The notes beneath the pieces are model-generated. The model made no database searches, had not been told where the DNA came from, and saw only the letters and a list, made by a program, of their open reading frames with translations. A stretch of 64,000 nucleotides of DNA from Desulfobacterales bacterium (GTDB lineage: Bacteria; Desulfobacterota; Desulfobacteria; Desulfobacterales; UBA2174), in the NCBI GenBank assembly GCA_963668645.2, contig CAXXWC010000021.1, forward strand, positions 1,152,001 to 1,216,000, read 5' to 3'. The position numbers and the translations under genes were made by a program. The number at the start of each line of letters is the position of its first letter. The stretch's first letter is position 1. Of this stretch, positions 42,709 to 54,224 are shown piece after piece.

Positions 42709-44442
42709 ATGAAGCCTTATTTTGCCAAGATGCCGATCCTCGGCAGGGCCCTGACCGAAGGCCAGCGCCTCGAAGGCGAGGAGAACCAGCAGGATTTCAA
42801 GACCGTCGAAGCAGAGGTCGCCGCCGCTGTCGAAGCGGTGCGCCAGGCCGGGTTTGCCCAAGAAAAAATCAACGCCCGCGGTCAGCTCACCGTCTGGCAG
42901 CGCCTCGAGGCCCTGATCGACCCGGGCACCTGGCAACCGCTGCACACCCTCTACAACCCGGACGAAAACCCCGAGGGGACCAACAATGTCATCGACGGCC
43001 TGGGTCGCATCGACGGCAAATGGGCCGTCATCATCGGTTTCGATAACAAAGTGCTCGCCGGGGCTTGGCTCTCGGGTCAAGCGGAAAACGTCCACCGGGT
43101 CACCGATCTTTCCCGGCGCCTCAACCTGCCCTTGGTCTGGCTGGTGAACTGCAGCGGGATAAAGCTTCCCGATCAGGAGAAATTTTACGGCGGCCGGCGC
43201 GGCGGCGGGACCACCTTCTTTCGCAACGCCGAGCTGCAGATCGCCGGCATTCCGCTGCTGGCGGCGATCTACGGCACCAATCCGGCCGGCGGCGGCTACC
43301 ACAGCATCAGTCCCACCCTGCTGCTGGCCCATAAGGAGGCCAATATGGCCGTGGGCGGAGGCGGGATCCTCTCGGGCATGTCGCCCAAGGGATACTTCGA
43401 CCTGGAAGGGGCCGAAGCCCTGATCCGCGCCGCTCAACAGTATCGGGCCGAACCGCCCGGTTCGGTGGCGATCCACCATGAAGCCACCGGCTTTATCCGC
43501 CAAGTCTACGATGACGAAAACGGGGTGATCCAGGGCATCCGCGAGTACATGCACGACATGCCCGGGTACAATCCACGCTTTTTCCGGGTGGCGGAACCCC
43601 AAGAGCCCCTCTTCCCTGCCGAGGATCTCTACCGGTTGCTGCCCTTCAACCAGAAACGGGCCTACGAATTCGAACAGGTCCTGGCGCGCCTGGTGGACGG
43701 CAGCCAGCACATGGAGTACCGCCCGGACTACGGCCCGGAAGTCTACACCGGCCTGTGCAAAATCGACGGCCTGCTGGTGGGCTGCATCGGCAACCGCCAG
43801 GGGATCCTGGCCGAGGGGTATCCCGAGTACGCCGATTACCCGGGCATCGGCGGCAAGCTTTACCGCCAGGGGCTGATCAAGATGAACGAATTTGTCACCT
43901 TCTGCGGCCGGGATCGCGTTCCGATCATCTGGTTCCAGGACACCACCGGCATCGACGTGGGCGACCTGGCGGAAAAGGCCGAGCTGCTCGGTCTGGGCCA
44001 AAGCCTGATCTATTCGATCCAGCAAACCGAGGTGCCGATGCTGCTGGTGGTCCTGCGCAAAGGATCGGCCGCTTCCCACTACATCATGGGCGGTCCCACC
44101 GCTACGCGCCACAACGCCTTCAGCCTCGGCACGGCCGCCAGTGAAATCTACGTCATGCATGGCGAGACCGCCGCCGCGGCCAGCTTCAGCCGGCGCCTGG
44201 TCAAGGAAAAACAGGCCGGCAGACCCCTGGAGCCGGTCATCGAGAAGATGAACCGTATGGCGGCGCAGTACCACGCCAATTCACGGCCGATCTTCTGCGC
44301 CCGCCAGGGCCTGCTTGATGAGGTGGTGGCCCTCGGGCGCCTGCGCTCGTATCTCAAGGCCTTTTGCGCCGCCGCCTACCAGAATCCGCGCAGCATCTGC
44401 GCCCATCACCAGATGCTCTTGCCGCGGGTGATTCGCGGATAG
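42709..44442 (+). CDS. gcdA: Glutaconyl-CoA decarboxylase alpha (carboxyltransferase) subunit
   Basis: DNKVLAGAW, GTNPAGGGYHSISP, IGGKLYRQGL, QDTTGIDVG and the C-terminal YQNPRSICAHHQMLLPR. Confidence 0.88.
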   Translation: MKPYFAKMPILGRALTEGQRLEGEENQQDFKTVEAEVAAAVEAVRQAGFAQEKINARGQLTVWQRLEALIDPGTWQPLHTLYNPDENPEGTNNVIDGLGRIDGKWAVIIGFDNKVLAGAWLSGQAENVHRVTDLSRRLNLPLVWLVNCSGIKLPDQEKFYGGRRGGGTTFFRNAELQIAGIPLLAAIYGTNPAGGGYHSISPTLLLAHKEANMAVGGGGILSGMSPKGYFDLEGAEALIRAAQQYRAEPPGSVAIHHEATGFIRQVYDDENGVIQGIREYMHDMPGYNPRFFRVAEPQEPLFPAEDLYRLLPFNQKRAYEFEQVLARLVDGSQHMEYRPDYGPEVYTGLCKIDGLLVGCIGNRQGILAEGYPEYADYPGIGGKLYRQGLIKMNEFVTFCGRDRVPIIWFQDTTGIDVGDLAEKAELLGLGQSLIYSIQQTEVPMLLVVLRKGSAASHYIMGGPTATRHNAFSLGTAASEIYVMHGETAAAASFSRRLVKEKQAGRPLEPVIEKMNRMAAQYHANSRPIFCARQGLLDEVVALGRLRSYLKAFCAAAYQNPRSICAHHQMLLPRVIRG

Positions 44443-44471
44443 CGGATTTGAGATCGGGATTTTTTCGGATC

Positions 44472-44518
44472 CCGCATAAAAAAACGCGCCCTGATCAAGG
44501 GCGCGTTTTTTTATGCGG
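44472..44518. terminator. Bidirectional intrinsic terminator between convergent gcdA and rplQ
   Basis: Perfect 21-bp arms: CCGCATAAAAAAACGCGCCCT-GATCA-AGGGCGCGTTTTTTTATGCGG. Confidence 0.92.
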
Positions 44519-44530
44519 TATTTTGATAGG

Positions 44531-45133
44531 CTACTCGGCCTTGGGTGCATCGGGCGTTTCGGCGTCGGCATCGCCGGCAGCCGGGGCCTGGGGATCCGGT
44601 TCCGCCGGGGTTTCGACCGCCTGCGTCTCTACGGCCGGCGCATCCTCGGCAGCCTCGACCTCGGGCACCGGTGCGGCCTCGGCTGCGGGCGCCGGGATCG
44701 CGGAGCTTTCGGGAGCAGGCTGCTTTTCAGGCGCCGGGACCGCCGCCTTCTTCTTGGGCTTCTTGCGCCGCTGGCCTTCGGGAACCACCAGTTCGATCAG
44801 CGACATGGGGGCGGCGTCGCCCGGCCGCGGGCCGATCTTGACGATCCGGGTGTACCCGCCTGAGGAGCCTCCGAAGCGCTCGGGGGCATCGGCAAAAAGC
44901 TTGTGGACCACAGCCTCTTCCTGCACGATGGACAGGGCCTGGCGCCTGGCGTGCAGGTCCCCGCGTTTGGCCAGGGTGATCAAATGATCGGCCCAGCCGC
45001 GCAGGACCTTGGCTTTGGCGTCGGTGGTCTGAATCCGTTCGTATTTCAACAGGCTGGTGACCATGTTGCGCAACATGGCCTTCCTGTGGCTGCTCGATTT
45101 ACCCAATTTGCTAGCGGATTTGCGGTGTCTCAT
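44531..45133 (-). CDS. rplQ: 50S ribosomal protein L17 with long C-terminal extension
   Basis: MRHRK...HRKAMLRNM...GGYTRI...GDAAPM. Confidence 0.97.
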   Translation of the reverse strand: MRHRKSASKLGKSSSHRKAMLRNMVTSLLKYERIQTTDAKAKVLRGWADHLITLAKRGDLHARRQALSIVQEEAVVHKLFADAPERFGGSSGGYTRIVKIGPRPGDAAPMSLIELVVPEGQRRKKPKKKAAVPAPEKQPAPESSAIPAPAAEAAPVPEVEAAEDAPAVETQAVETPAEPDPQAPAAGDADAETPDAPKAE

Positions 45134-46161
45134 GGCTCCGATTCTTCTCCTTGCTCCGTATCGTCCTCCTCGGGAACATCGAATCCGTCCAGCTTCATCC
45201 CGAGGCTAAGGCCCATCTCGCTTAACACTTCCTTGATCTCGTTGAGCGACTTGCGGCCGAAGTTCTTGGTGCGCAGCATCTCGCCTTCGGTCTTGGTCAC
45301 GAGCTGCCAGATCTGGTGAATTTCGGCGTTCTTGAGGCAATTGGCGCTGCGAACGCTCAGCTCGAGTTCCTCCACACTGCGGTAGAGGTTCTCGTTAAAC
45401 GATGGTGTCTCCAGCTCCTGGGGCATCTGATCCGGCTCTGGCTCGGCCGATTCATCGAAATTGATGAAGATGCTCATCTGCTCTTTCATGATCTTGGCCG
45501 CAAACGCCACCGCGTCCTCGGGGGTGATACTCCCGTCGGTCCAGACTTCCAGGGTCAGCTTGTCGTAGTCCGTACGCTGGCCCACGCGGGCGTTGCCCAC
45601 CACGTAAACAACCCGTTTGACGGGCGAGAAGACCGCATCGATGGGGATCGTGCCGATGGCGTCTTCTTCGTGCTTATTGTTTTCGGCCAGATTGTACCCT
45701 TTGCCCACCTCGACGCGCATCTCCATGCGCAGTTTTCCGCCGCTCAATGTAGCGATGAGCTGATCCGGGTTGAGCACGCTGATACGCCCGTCCCGGCTGA
45801 CGATGTCGCCTGCAGTAACCGGCCCTTCGCCCTCTTTCTCAATGTAAATTTCACGTACCTGGGCATCGTTGGCCTTGAGCCGCACCTCTTTGAGATTGAG
45901 GATGATTTCCGACACATCCTCCATCACGCCGGGGATGACGCTGAACTCGTGCATGACATCATCGAACTTGACCGACACGATGGCAGCCCCGTACAGGGAT
46001 GACAGGATGATTCGCCTCAAGGCGTTGCCGATGGTGATGCCGAAGCCCCGCTCGAGCGGCTCGCACACAAACTTGCCGTAGGTAGGGGTGCTATCGACCT
46101 GAACCTTCTCTGGCATGATCATCTGCTGCCAGTTCATGTACATGATCTCATTGGATGCCAT
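45130..46161 (-). CDS. rpoA: RNA polymerase alpha subunit
   Basis: [26 protein letters not shown] and [10 protein letters not shown]. Confidence 0.98.
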   Translation of the reverse strand: MASNEIMYMNWQQMIMPEKVQVDSTPTYGKFVCEPLERGFGITIGNALRRIILSSLYGAAIVSVKFDDVMHEFSVIPGVMEDVSEIILNLKEVRLKANDAQVREIYIEKEGEGPVTAGDIVSRDGRISVLNPDQLIATLSGGKLRMEMRVEVGKGYNLAENNKHEEDAIGTIPIDAVFSPVKRVVYVVGNARVGQRTDYDKLTLEVWTDGSITPEDAVAFAAKIMKEQMSIFINFDESAEPEPDQMPQELETPSFNENLYRSVEELELSVRSANCLKNAEIHQIWQLVTKTEGEMLRTKNFGRKSLNEIKEVLSEMGLSLGMKLDGFDVPEEDDTEQGEESEP

Positions 46162-46227
46162 TTTGGATCTCCCGGAATTTCTTTTTGACCGCAGTGCCGC
46201 CTGCCCGGCCTCTTCCATCAAACAAGG

Positions 46228-46857
46228 CTACTTGGAGTAGAGTTCGACGACCAGCTGCTCCTGCATGGGCATCGTGAGGTCTTCACGCTCCGGCAGACTC
46301 TTGACGATCCCCTTCATCTGGTCCTTTTCCAACTCGAGCCACTGCGGCACACCGCGGCGTACCACGGCATCCAAGGCGTCGATGACGGACTGGATCTTGC
46401 GGCTGCCTTCGCGCAACTCGACCACATCACCAACCCGCACCAGATAAGAGGGAATATCGACCCGCTTTCCGTTGACGTTGAAGTGGCCATGGCGCACGAA
46501 ATGGCGTGCCTGATTTCGGCTGTTGGCAAAACCGAGGCGAAACGCGATGTTGTCCAAGCGGCATTCGAGCATCACCAGAAGATTGGTTCCGGTCACCCCT
46601 TTTTTATGCTCGGCACGCTCGAAAAAGAGGTGGAACTGCTTTTCCGTCAGCCCGTAGATCCGCTTGATTTTCTGTTTTTCGCGGAGCTGAACCCCGTAAT
46701 CGGAAATCTTACGCCCGCGCCGTTGCCCGTGTTCGCCTGGAGCGTAGCCGCGTCGATCAAAGGCGCACTTGTCCGAATAGCATCGGTCGCCTTTTAAAAA
46801 GAGCTTGATGTTTTCCCTTCGGCAGAGCCGGCAAACCGAACCTGTGTAACGTGCCAC
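46228..46857 (-). CDS. rpsD: 30S ribosomal protein S4
   Basis: ARYTG..CRLCRRE, QLREKQK and VELYSK; GTG start. Confidence 0.98.
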   Translation of the reverse strand: MARYTGSVCRLCRRENIKLFLKGDRCYSDKCAFDRRGYAPGEHGQRRGRKISDYGVQLREKQKIKRIYGLTEKQFHLFFERAEHKKGVTGTNLLVMLECRLDNIAFRLGFANSRNQARHFVRHGHFNVNGKRVDIPSYLVRVGDVVELREGSRKIQSVIDALDAVVRRGVPQWLELEKDQMKGIVKSLPEREDLTMPMQEQLVVELYSK

Positions 46858-46992
46858 AGTATCCTCCTTTAAAATCCTCATCTAAACGATGGCGGCGTCG
46901 CCCTTAGGCGGCGCCGTATCGGACGGTGCCGGAAGCTCTCCGGATATACCGGACATGATCGGCGCCGGCCGCCATCGCCGGGTCGGCCCCAC

Positions 46993-47379
46993 TTAGACGC
47001 GTCGCCGTTTAGGGGGACGGCAACCGTTGTGCGGCACCGGGGTAACGTCCTTGATCGCGGTGATGGTAAACCCGGCGGCCTGCAAGGCCCGCAGGGCGGA
47101 TTCACGTCCCGAGCCCGGCCCTTTGACGTAGACCTCGACACTGCGCATCCCATGGTCGGCAGCCTTCTTGGCCGCGTCCTCGGCCGCCAGTTGAGCGGCA
47201 AAGGGGGTGCTCTTGCGCGAGCCTTTGAAGCCCTGAACGCCGGAACTGGACCATGATACGGCGTTGCCGGCCGGATCGGTGATGGTCACGATGGTGTTGT
47301 TGAAGGTCGACTGGATATGCACCACTCCGGTCGCAATATTCTTCTTTTCCTTCTTTTTGGTACGAACTCGCTTGGCCAT
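46993..47379 (-). CDS. rpsK: 30S ribosomal protein S11
   Basis: STFNNT and [13 protein letters not shown]. Confidence 0.98.
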   Translation of the reverse strand: MAKRVRTKKKEKKNIATGVVHIQSTFNNTIVTITDPAGNAVSWSSSGVQGFKGSRKSTPFAAQLAAEDAAKKAADHGMRSVEVYVKGPGSGRESALRALQAAGFTITAIKDVTPVPHNGCRPPKRRRV

Positions 47380-47404
47380 GAATCATCGCCCCTATTGTGT
47401 ACGG

Positions 47405-47788
47405 TTACTTCTTGCTCGCTCCGCCCTTCTTCTTGACGGCCGCCCGCTTGGGTCCTTTGCGTGTGCGCGCGTTGGTATGGGTGCGCTGGCCGTTGACAGG
47501 CAACCCCTTGCGGTGCCGCAGTCCCCGGTAGCAGCCCAGGTCCATCAAACGCTTGATGTTCATCGAAACCTGGCTGCGCAACTCGCCTTCGACCTTGTAG
47601 CTGCCGTCGATGACCTTGCGGATATCGTTGATCTCTTCCGCCGTCAGGTCATCGGTCCGGGTGTCCGGGTCGATGTTCAACTGGGCCAGGATGGTTTTTG
47701 AAGTGGTCCGACCGATCCCGTAAATATAGGTCAATCCGATCTCGACCCGCTTCCGCTTGGGTAAGTCTACGCCCGCGATTCTTGCCAA
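47405..47788 (-). CDS. rpsM: 30S ribosomal protein S13
   Basis: ARIAGVDLP and YRGLRH; TTG start. Confidence 0.98.
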   Translation of the reverse strand: MARIAGVDLPKRKRVEIGLTYIYGIGRTTSKTILAQLNIDPDTRTDDLTAEEINDIRKVIDGSYKVEGELRSQVSMNIKRLMDLGCYRGLRHRKGLPVNGQRTHTNARTRKGPKRAAVKKKGGASKK

Positions 47789-47799
47789 CGCTCTGCCTC

Positions 47800-47913
47800 C
47801 TATCCTTGCCGCTGCTTGTGGCGTTTGTTCTCGCAGATGACCCTGACGACGCCCTTCCGGCGTACGATCTTGCACTTGCTGCAGATTTTCTTGACCGAAG
47901 CCCTTACCTTCAT
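47800..47913 (-). CDS. rpmJ: 50S ribosomal protein L36 (zinc-binding type)
   Basis: Manual translation [37 protein letters not shown]; below the ORF-track cutoff. Confidence 0.97.
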   Translation of the reverse strand: MKVRASVKKICSKCKIVRRKGVVRVICENKRHKQRQG

Positions 47914-47963
47914 GAGTCTATCACTCCTTCTGGGGCCGCCGGAGGTCTCCGGCACCGCCACGC

Positions 47964-48182
47964 CTATTTGGACCGGTAAGTAATCCGTCCCCGGGTCAGG
48001 TCGTAGGGGGACAATTCCACCGTCACCTTGTCGCCAGGCAGGATTTTGATAAAGTGCATGCGCATTTTACCGGAGATATGAGCCAGTACCTGGTGCTTGT
48101 TTTCCAGCTCCACACGGAACATGGCGTTGGGCAGGGTTTCAAGCACCCTTCCTTCGACCCGTATCGGCTCTTCTTTAGCCAT
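47964..48182 (-). CDS. infA: Translation initiation factor IF-1
   Basis: [17 protein letters not shown] and GRITYR. Confidence 0.98.
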   Translation of the reverse strand: MAKEEPIRVEGRVLETLPNAMFRVELENKHQVLAHISGKMRMHFIKILPGDKVTVELSPYDLTRGRITYRSK

Positions 48183-48236
48183 AAATCTCTCCCCTGTCAC
48201 GGCAAAGTGCGCTGGCCGCCAGCTCACTGCACGCGT

Positions 48237-49553
48237 CTAGTAGCGGCCTTTGACCCGTGCCGCCCCCTTTTTCAAAAAGCCTTCGTAATGCCGGCTGAGC
48301 ATGTGGGATTCCATCTGGGCAATCGTGTCGATGGCCACCCCCACCACGATCAGCAAAGCCGTGCCGCCGAAGTAAAAGGGGACATTGAATTGGCTGATTA
48401 AAATCGACGGCAATACGCAGACCGTCGAGACGTAAAACGCGCCCCCCAGGGTAATCCGCGTCAGCACCCGGTCGATGTAATCGGCCGTCCGCTTACCGGG
48501 GCGGATCCCCGGGATATAGCCTCCCTGTTTCTTCATGTTTTCCGCCACGTCCACCGGATTGAAAGTCACGGCGGTGTAAAAGAAACAGAAAAAGAAGATG
48601 AAGGCCACGTAAAGCAGTTCGTAACCCCACTGCCCGGGGCGGAATGCACCGGCGATGGTCTGGATCCAAGGCACGTTGATAAAATTGGCCACCGTAGCCG
48701 GAAACATGATAATCGAGGAGGCGAAAATCGGCGGAATCACCCCCGAGGTATTGATCTTCAACGGCAGATGGGTGCTTTGTCCACCGTACATGCGCCGGCC
48801 GACCACCCGCTTGGCGTACTGGACCGGAATACGGCGCTGGGCCGTTTCGACAAAGATGATCACCCCGATCACCCCCACCATGAGCACCACCAGCAGCAGC
48901 ACCAGGAAGATGGCGATCTCGCCGGTGGACAGCAGCCGGAAGGTGTTGGCCATCGCCGTTGGCAACCGGCAGACGATTCCGGCAAAGATGATCAGCGAAA
49001 TCCCGTTGCCGATCCCCCGTTCGGTGATCTGCTCTCCGAGCCACATGATAAATGCGGTCCCGGCAGTGAGTGTCACCACGGTCATCAATCGGAATCCCCA
49101 GCCGGCACTGATCACCACCGGAGCGCCCCCGGGGGCACTCATGCTTTCCAGTCCCACCCCGATGGCGAACCCCTGAATAATGCTCAGCACGATGGTACCG
49201 TAGCGGGTGTACTGGGTGATCTTCTTGCGCCCCTGCTCGCCTTCCTTGCTGAGCCGTTCCAGATGCGGCACGGTCACCGTCAGAAGCTGAAGGATGATCG
49301 AGGCGCTGATATAGGGCATGATCCCGAGCGCAAACACCGACATCTGTTCAAAGGCCCCGCCGGAAAACATGTCGAAAAGTCCCAGCAGCGTACCGCGGGC
49401 CCGGTCGAAGAATGAGGCCAGAGCCACCGCGTCGACTCCCGGTACGGGAATATGCACGCCGATGCGATAAACGATCAACAGGGCCAGGGTGAATAAAATG
49501 CGCCGCTTGAGTTCCGGAATCTTGAAGATGTTGCCGAAACCGCTTCCAATCAT
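48237..49553 (-). CDS. secY: Preprotein translocase subunit SecY
   Basis: [20 protein letters not shown] and IPGIRPG. Confidence 0.98.
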   Translation of the reverse strand: MIGSGFGNIFKIPELKRRILFTLALLIVYRIGVHIPVPGVDAVALASFFDRARGTLLGLFDMFSGGAFEQMSVFALGIMPYISASIILQLLTVTVPHLERLSKEGEQGRKKITQYTRYGTIVLSIIQGFAIGVGLESMSAPGGAPVVISAGWGFRLMTVVTLTAGTAFIMWLGEQITERGIGNGISLIIFAGIVCRLPTAMANTFRLLSTGEIAIFLVLLLVVLMVGVIGVIIFVETAQRRIPVQYAKRVVGRRMYGGQSTHLPLKINTSGVIPPIFASSIIMFPATVANFINVPWIQTIAGAFRPGQWGYELLYVAFIFFFCFFYTAVTFNPVDVAENMKKQGGYIPGIRPGKRTADYIDRVLTRITLGGAFYVSTVCVLPSILISQFNVPFYFGGTALLIVVGVAIDTIAQMESHMLSRHYEGFLKKGAARVKGRY

Positions 49554-49996
49554 TTTGTCACGACCTCAATCGTGCCACCGGCGGCCTCAATCTTGGCCCG
49601 CGCGTTCTGGCTGAATTGATGCAGTCGAACCGTCAGGGGCCGATCGATATCCCCGTTGCCCAGCAACTTGATCCCGTCCCAACGCCCCTTGACCATCCCG
49701 GTGCGCACCAGTTCGGCGGCATCCACCACCTGGTTGGATTCGAAGCGGACCAGGTCGCCCACGTTGATCACGGCGTATTCGACGCTGAACAGGTTCTTGA
49801 ACCCGCGCTTGGGCAAGCGCCGCTGGAGCGGCATCTGCCCGCCTTCGTAACCCGGCGGGGTGTTGCCGCCCGAGCGGGCCTTGTGGCCCTTGTGGCCGCG
49901 GCCGGCGGTCTTGCCGAGGCCGCTGCCGGGCCCTCGCCCGACCCTTTTCCGGTCCTGACGGGCCCCGGGGGCCGGTTTCAGATCACTGAGCTTCAT
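49550..49996 (-). CDS. rplO: 50S ribosomal protein L15
   Basis: GRGHKG and [16 protein letters not shown]. Confidence 0.98.
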   Translation of the reverse strand: MKLSDLKPAPGARQDRKRVGRGPGSGLGKTAGRGHKGHKARSGGNTPPGYEGGQMPLQRRLPKRGFKNLFSVEYAVINVGDLVRFESNQVVDAAELVRTGMVKGRWDGIKLLGNGDIDRPLTVRLHQFSQNARAKIEAAGGTIEVVTK

Positions 49997-50180
49997 ATCC
50001 CGTCTCCTCGACCTTGACCAGATGCACGACGGCTTGAATCATGCCGCGTACCGCCGGTGTATCTTCCAGCGAAACCGTCTTGTTGAGCTTGGTCAATCCC
50101 ATTCCCCGCAGCACCCGGCGGTGTTTTTCCGGCCGGCCGATCATGCTGCGCACCAGTGTGACCTTGACTTGACTTCCCAT
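49983..50180 (-). CDS. rpmD: 50S ribosomal protein L30
   Basis: VTLVRSMIG and DTPAVRGMI. Confidence 0.96.
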   Translation of the reverse strand: MGSQVKVTLVRSMIGRPEKHRRVLRGMGLTKLNKTVSLEDTPAVRGMIQAVVHLVKVEETGYEAQ

Positions 50181-50206
50181 GGCGATCCGTCCCTCGTTGC
50201 CTCAGA

Positions 50207-50704
50207 TTATAACGCTTCGGGTTTAAGGCCTCGACGGGCCGCCACCTGATCCCGGCTTTCGAGCATGCTCAACCCCGCCAAGGTGGCCTTGACCACGTTG
50301 TGCGGATTATGCGTGCCCATACATTTGGTAAGCACGTTCTGCACGCCTGCGGCTTCGAGCACGGCGCGTACCGCGCCGCCGGCAATCAATCCGGTACCGG
50401 CCGAGGCCGGTTTGAGCAGAACCCGGCCCGCGCCGAATTTGCCCTGGATCTCAAAAGGGATGGTGCCTTCCACCAGGGGGACCTGGATCATGCTCTTCTT
50501 GGCTTTCTCAACCCCTTTGCGGATCGCTTCGGGCACTTCACCGGCCTTGCCCAGGCCGAAGCCCACCGATCCGTTGCCGTCGCCGACGACCACGATGGCG
50601 CTGAAGGAAAAACGCCGCCCGCCTTTGACCACTTTGGCCACGCGATTGATATGCACGACCTTGTCAATGAGTTGAAGTTCACCTGGATCTTGTTGCTTTA
50701 ACAA
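50207..50704 (-). CDS. rpsE: 30S ribosomal protein S5
   Basis: [14 protein letters not shown]. Confidence 0.98.
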   Translation of the reverse strand: MLKQQDPGELQLIDKVVHINRVAKVVKGGRRFSFSAIVVVGDGNGSVGFGLGKAGEVPEAIRKGVEKAKKSMIQVPLVEGTIPFEIQGKFGAGRVLLKPASAGTGLIAGGAVRAVLEAAGVQNVLTKCMGTHNPHNVVKATLAGLSMLESRDQVAARRGLKPEAL

Positions 50705-50734
50705 GGGAATGCCTCCTTAAATGCCGCGATACGC

Positions 50735-51094
50735 CTAGAAATCCAGCCCGGCCTTGCGCGCGCCTTCGGATACGGCTTTGATCCGTCCGTGGTAAAGAAA
50801 CCCGCTGCGATCGAAAACGACTTTGCGAATCCCCTGGGCCATGGCCCGCTCGGCAACAAGCTGGCCGATATGCGTTGCCAAGGCAACTTTGCTTTCGAAG
50901 GGGGGCAGACCGCGCACCGTCGCTTCAAGGCTCGAAGCGGCCGCCAGGGTCCGTCCGCAGGTGTCGTCGATCACCTGGGCATAGATGTGCCGGGCACTGC
51001 GAAAGACGCTCAAACGCGGCCTTTCAGAGGTCCCGTCGACCTTTTTGCGAATTCTTTGTTTGCGTTTGATACGCGCCGCTTTTTTATCGTCCAT
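50735..51094 (-). CDS. rplR: 50S ribosomal protein L18
   Basis: RPRLSVFRS and FDRSGFLYHGR. Confidence 0.98.
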   Translation of the reverse strand: MDDKKAARIKRKQRIRKKVDGTSERPRLSVFRSARHIYAQVIDDTCGRTLAAASSLEATVRGLPPFESKVALATHIGQLVAERAMAQGIRKVVFDRSGFLYHGRIKAVSEGARKAGLDF

Positions 51095-51121
51095 CGTGAT
51101 CCTCGTCAGGAGTAAAGACGC

Positions 51122-51658
51122 TTATTTCGTTCCGGTCTTGCCAGCCTTGCGCTGGATGTATTCCTCGGCATACTTGATTCCCTTGCCCTTGTAGGGTTCC
51201 GGCGGTCGCAGACGGCGAATCGAGGCTGCGGTCTGGCCGAGGGCTTCCTTATCGATCCCCTGGAGCTTCAGGATGTTCCTGTCGACCTGGGCACTGATCC
51301 CTTCGGGCAGGTCGAAAACCACCGGATGAGAGAAACCGAGGTTGAATTCAATGCTCGCACCCTTTACGTTGGCGCGGTACCCGATGCCGTTGATCTCCAA
51401 AGCGCGCTCAAAGCCCTCGGAGACCCCGGTCACCATGTTGGCCACAAGACTGCGAGTCAATCCCTGCAAAGCCCGCTGGCGCTTTTCAGCGCCCTGAATG
51501 ACGACCTGGATCAGTCCGGATTCAATCTTCAGATCTACCCCCGAGTGAATCTGCCGGCTCAAGGTCCCTTTGGGCCCCTTGACGGTAAACACCTGGTCGG
51601 CCCAGTCGATCTGGGCCTTGGGCGGAATCGGTATCGGTTTCTTTCCTACACGCGACAT
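51122..51658 (-). CDS. rplF: 50S ribosomal protein L6
   Basis: MSRVGK and PEPYKGKGI. Confidence 0.98.
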   Translation of the reverse strand: MSRVGKKPIPIPPKAQIDWADQVFTVKGPKGTLSRQIHSGVDLKIESGLIQVVIQGAEKRQRALQGLTRSLVANMVTGVSEGFERALEINGIGYRANVKGASIEFNLGFSHPVVFDLPEGISAQVDRNILKLQGIDKEALGQTAASIRRLRPPEPYKGKGIKYAEEYIQRKAGKTGTK

Positions 51659-51722
51659 GCGTATCTCCTTCGCACTGTAAACGGGTTCCTGCCACCCGAC
51701 CGCTTGGCGCCGAGCGCTTGAA

Positions 51723-52121
51723 CTACCAGATCCGGCAGAGCAGCTCGCCGCCGATTTTTTCCTGGCGGGCGCGCTTATCGGCCATCACCCCCCTGGAGGT
51801 GGAGAGGATGGCGATCCCCATGCCGTTGAGCACCGGGCGCACGTCGTCTGCCTTGAGGTAAACCCGCCGGCGTGGCCGGCTGACCCGCTCCAGGCCAAGA
51901 ATGGCACTCTGCTGGCTGCTGCCGTACTTGAGGTAGAGGCGCAGGATCCCCTGCTTGTCGTCCTTGATGAATTTATAGTTCCGGATAAAGCCCTGGTCGC
52001 GCAGTACCTTGGCCACCTCGGTCTTGAGTGAAGACCCCGGGATGTCCACGCTGCTGAATTTGGCTTTTGCTGCGTTTCGAATCCGCGTCAGCATATCCGC
52101 GATCGGGTCACTGATCGTCAT
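51723..52121 (-). CDS. rpsH: 30S ribosomal protein S8
   Basis: [12 protein letters not shown] and IGGE. Confidence 0.98.
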   Translation of the reverse strand: MTISDPIADMLTRIRNAAKAKFSSVDIPGSSLKTEVAKVLRDQGFIRNYKFIKDDKQGILRLYLKYGSSQQSAILGLERVSRPRRRVYLKADDVRPVLNGMGIAILSTSRGVMADKRARQEKIGGELLCRIW

Positions 52122-52191
52122 CGTCGTCTCCGTTTGACTTATCTTGGTCTTGATATCCCGGCACAGGAAGGACAGTCGCCACTGCCGCCCC

Positions 52192-52377
52192 TTACCAGCT
52201 TGATTTGGTTACCCCGGGCAGCAGGCCGTGCGAGGCCATGTTCCGGAAACAGATACGGCAGATGCCGAATTTGCGCATAAAGGCCCGCGGCCGGCCGCAG
52301 ATCGGGCAGCGGTTGTACTGCCGGGACTTGAACTTGGCCGGCTTTTTAGCCTTCAACATCAAAGCGAGTTTTGCCAA
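52192..52377 (-). CDS. rpsN: 30S ribosomal protein S14, short zinc-binding type
   Basis: 61 aa; RCPICGR...CRICFR. Confidence 0.97.
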   Translation of the reverse strand: MAKLALMLKAKKPAKFKSRQYNRCPICGRPRAFMRKFGICRICFRNMASHGLLPGVTKSSW

Positions 52378-52437
52378 AGCTTCCTCCTGTCGCTCCCGGG
52401 CCCGGTCCGCACATGACCCGGGGCCGGCGCCGGGCTA

Positions 52438-52977
52438 CTAGTTGCGAAAAGGCATTCCGAGCAGACGCAGCAGCTCCTTGCCCTCGGCATCGCTGCGGGC
52501 CGTGGTGACGATGGTCACGTTGAGCCCTTTGATCTTCTCTACCTTGTCATAATCGATTTCCGGGAAAATGATATGCTCCCGGATTCCCAGGGTGTAATTA
52601 CCCCGGCCATCCATGGCTTTGCCCGATATGCCGCGAAAGTCGCGCACGCGCGGCAGGGCGGCGTTCACCAGCTTGTTGAGAAAATCGTACATCCGCTCGC
52701 GCCGCAGCGTCACCATGGCACCGATGGGCATCCCCTCGCGCAGCTTGAAGGCCGCGATGGAACGCTTGGCCCGGGTGATGACCGGCCGTTGGCCGCAAAT
52801 GGTTGCCAGTTCCTCCACCGCGGTGTCGAGCAACTTGATATTCTGAATCGCCTCGCCCAGGCCGATGTTCACCACGACCTTGTCCAGTTTCGGGATCTGC
52901 ATCCGGTTGCGATAGCCGAAGGCCTCGACCAGCTTTGGGCAAATTTCTTTTTCGTAAAGTTCCTTCATGCTTCCCAT
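52438..52977 (-). CDS. rplE: 50S ribosomal protein L5
   Basis: [10 protein letters not shown] and LPRVRDFRG. Confidence 0.98.
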   Translation of the reverse strand: MGSMKELYEKEICPKLVEAFGYRNRMQIPKLDKVVVNIGLGEAIQNIKLLDTAVEELATICGQRPVITRAKRSIAAFKLREGMPIGAMVTLRRERMYDFLNKLVNAALPRVRDFRGISGKAMDGRGNYTLGIREHIIFPEIDYDKVEKIKGLNVTIVTTARSDAEGKELLRLLGMPFRN

Positions 52978-52996
52978 AACTACCTCCGGCCGTGGC

Positions 52997-53326
52997 TCAA
53001 GCATCGATCAGCTCGTTGCACTTGGAGCAGATGCGCTTTTTCTTGCCGTCTTCCAGCACACTGACCTTCACGCGCACCGGCGCCATGCACTTGCTGCACA
53101 TCAACATCAGGTTCGACCAGTGCAGGGGTGCCTCGGTTTCGACGATTCCCCCCTGCCTGTTCTGGGCGCTTGGACGCGTGTGGCGTTTGATGATGTTGAT
53201 GTTTTCGACCAGCACGCGCTCCTTTTTATGGTTGACCTTGAGCACCCGGCCGATCTTGCCAGCATCCTTGCCTGCAATGACCTTGACCTTGTCGTCTTTT
53301 TTCAGCTTGCACTTTTCACGATACAT
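52997..53326 (-). CDS. rplX: 50S ribosomal protein L24
   Basis: KOW motif [22 protein letters not shown]. Confidence 0.97.
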   Translation of the reverse strand: MYREKCKLKKDDKVKVIAGKDAGKIGRVLKVNHKKERVLVENINIIKRHTRPSAQNRQGGIVETEAPLHWSNLMLMCSKCMAPVRVKVSVLEDGKKKRICSKCNELIDA

Positions 53327-53357
53327 ATGGAGCTTCTCCCGCTGGCCGGGTGGCGAT

Positions 53358-53726
53358 TTAAAGCACCTCGGGCGCCAGGCTGATGATCTTCATGAAGCGC
53401 TTGGCGCGCAATTCGCGGGCCACCGGTCCAAAGATACGCGTGCCGATCGGTTCGCGCTGATTGTTGATCAGCACAGCCGAGTTCTCGTCAAAACGGATGT
53501 AGGATCCGTCGGGCCGCCGTATTTCCTTCTTCGTGCGCACCACCACGGCCTTCATCACGTCACCCTTTTTGACCTTGGCGTTGGGGATAGCCTCCTTGAC
53601 GCTCACCACGATGATATCCCCGATACTGGCATAACGCCGCCTGGATCCACCCAGCACCTTGACGCAGTGGAGAACTTTGGCTCCGCTGTTGTCGGCGACG
53701 GTCAGTTTGGTCTCTGTCTGGATCAT
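53358..53726 (-). CDS. rplN: 50S ribosomal protein L14
   Basis: VADNSGAK and SLAPEVL. Confidence 0.98.
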   Translation of the reverse strand: MIQTETKLTVADNSGAKVLHCVKVLGGSRRRYASIGDIIVVSVKEAIPNAKVKKGDVMKAVVVRTKKEIRRPDGSYIRFDENSAVLINNQREPIGTRIFGPVARELRAKRFMKIISLAPEVL

Positions 53727-53748
53727 CTTTCCGCACTCCTTGTCCTGC

Positions 53749-54006
53749 TCAGACTGCTTTTTGCAGGATCTTGCTGACGCGCCATTTCTTGGTTTTGCTG
53801 AGGGGCCGGGATTCTATGACCAGCACCTGGTCGCCGGCGCGGCACGCATTCTGTTCATCGTGGGCCGCGAAAGTCGACTGACGCCGCACATACTTGTGAT
53901 ACATGCGGTGTTTGACAAGACGCGCGACCTTCACCGTCACGGTCTTGTCCATCTTGTCGCTGACGACCGTTCCGATCAGTTGTTTTCTTGTTCCTCGCGT
54001 TTTCAT
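53749..54006 (-). CDS. rpsQ: 30S ribosomal protein S17
   Basis: SDKMDKT and RPLSKTKKW. Confidence 0.98.
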   Translation of the reverse strand: MKTRGTRKQLIGTVVSDKMDKTVTVKVARLVKHRMYHKYVRRQSTFAAHDEQNACRAGDQVLVIESRPLSKTKKWRVSKILQKAV

Positions 54007-54020
54007 AATCCCGTATCGTC

Positions 54021-54224
54021 TCAGTTGGCGGTTGTTTCGAGCTCGCGCTGGCGCAGGACGGTCAACACCCGAGCCACATCGCGCTTGGTCTGCTTGATCT
54101 TCTGCGGACTTTCCAATTGGCCGATCGCGTGCTGAAAGCGCAAGTTGAACAGCTCCTCTTTGAGCGCCTCGACTTTGCGCATCAGCTCATCCGAACCTTG
54201 TTCTTGGATCTGGCTGACTTTCAT
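54021..54224 (-). CDS. rpmC: 50S ribosomal protein L29
   Basis: ELFNLRFQ and DVARVLT. Confidence 0.97.
   Translation of the reverse strand: MKVSQIQEQGSDELMRKVEALKEELFNLRFQHAIGQLESPQKIKQTKRDVARVLTVLRQRELETTAN

Noticed and set aside
42706..44274. 522-aa minus-strand ORF
   Set aside because: Antisense shadow of gcdA.
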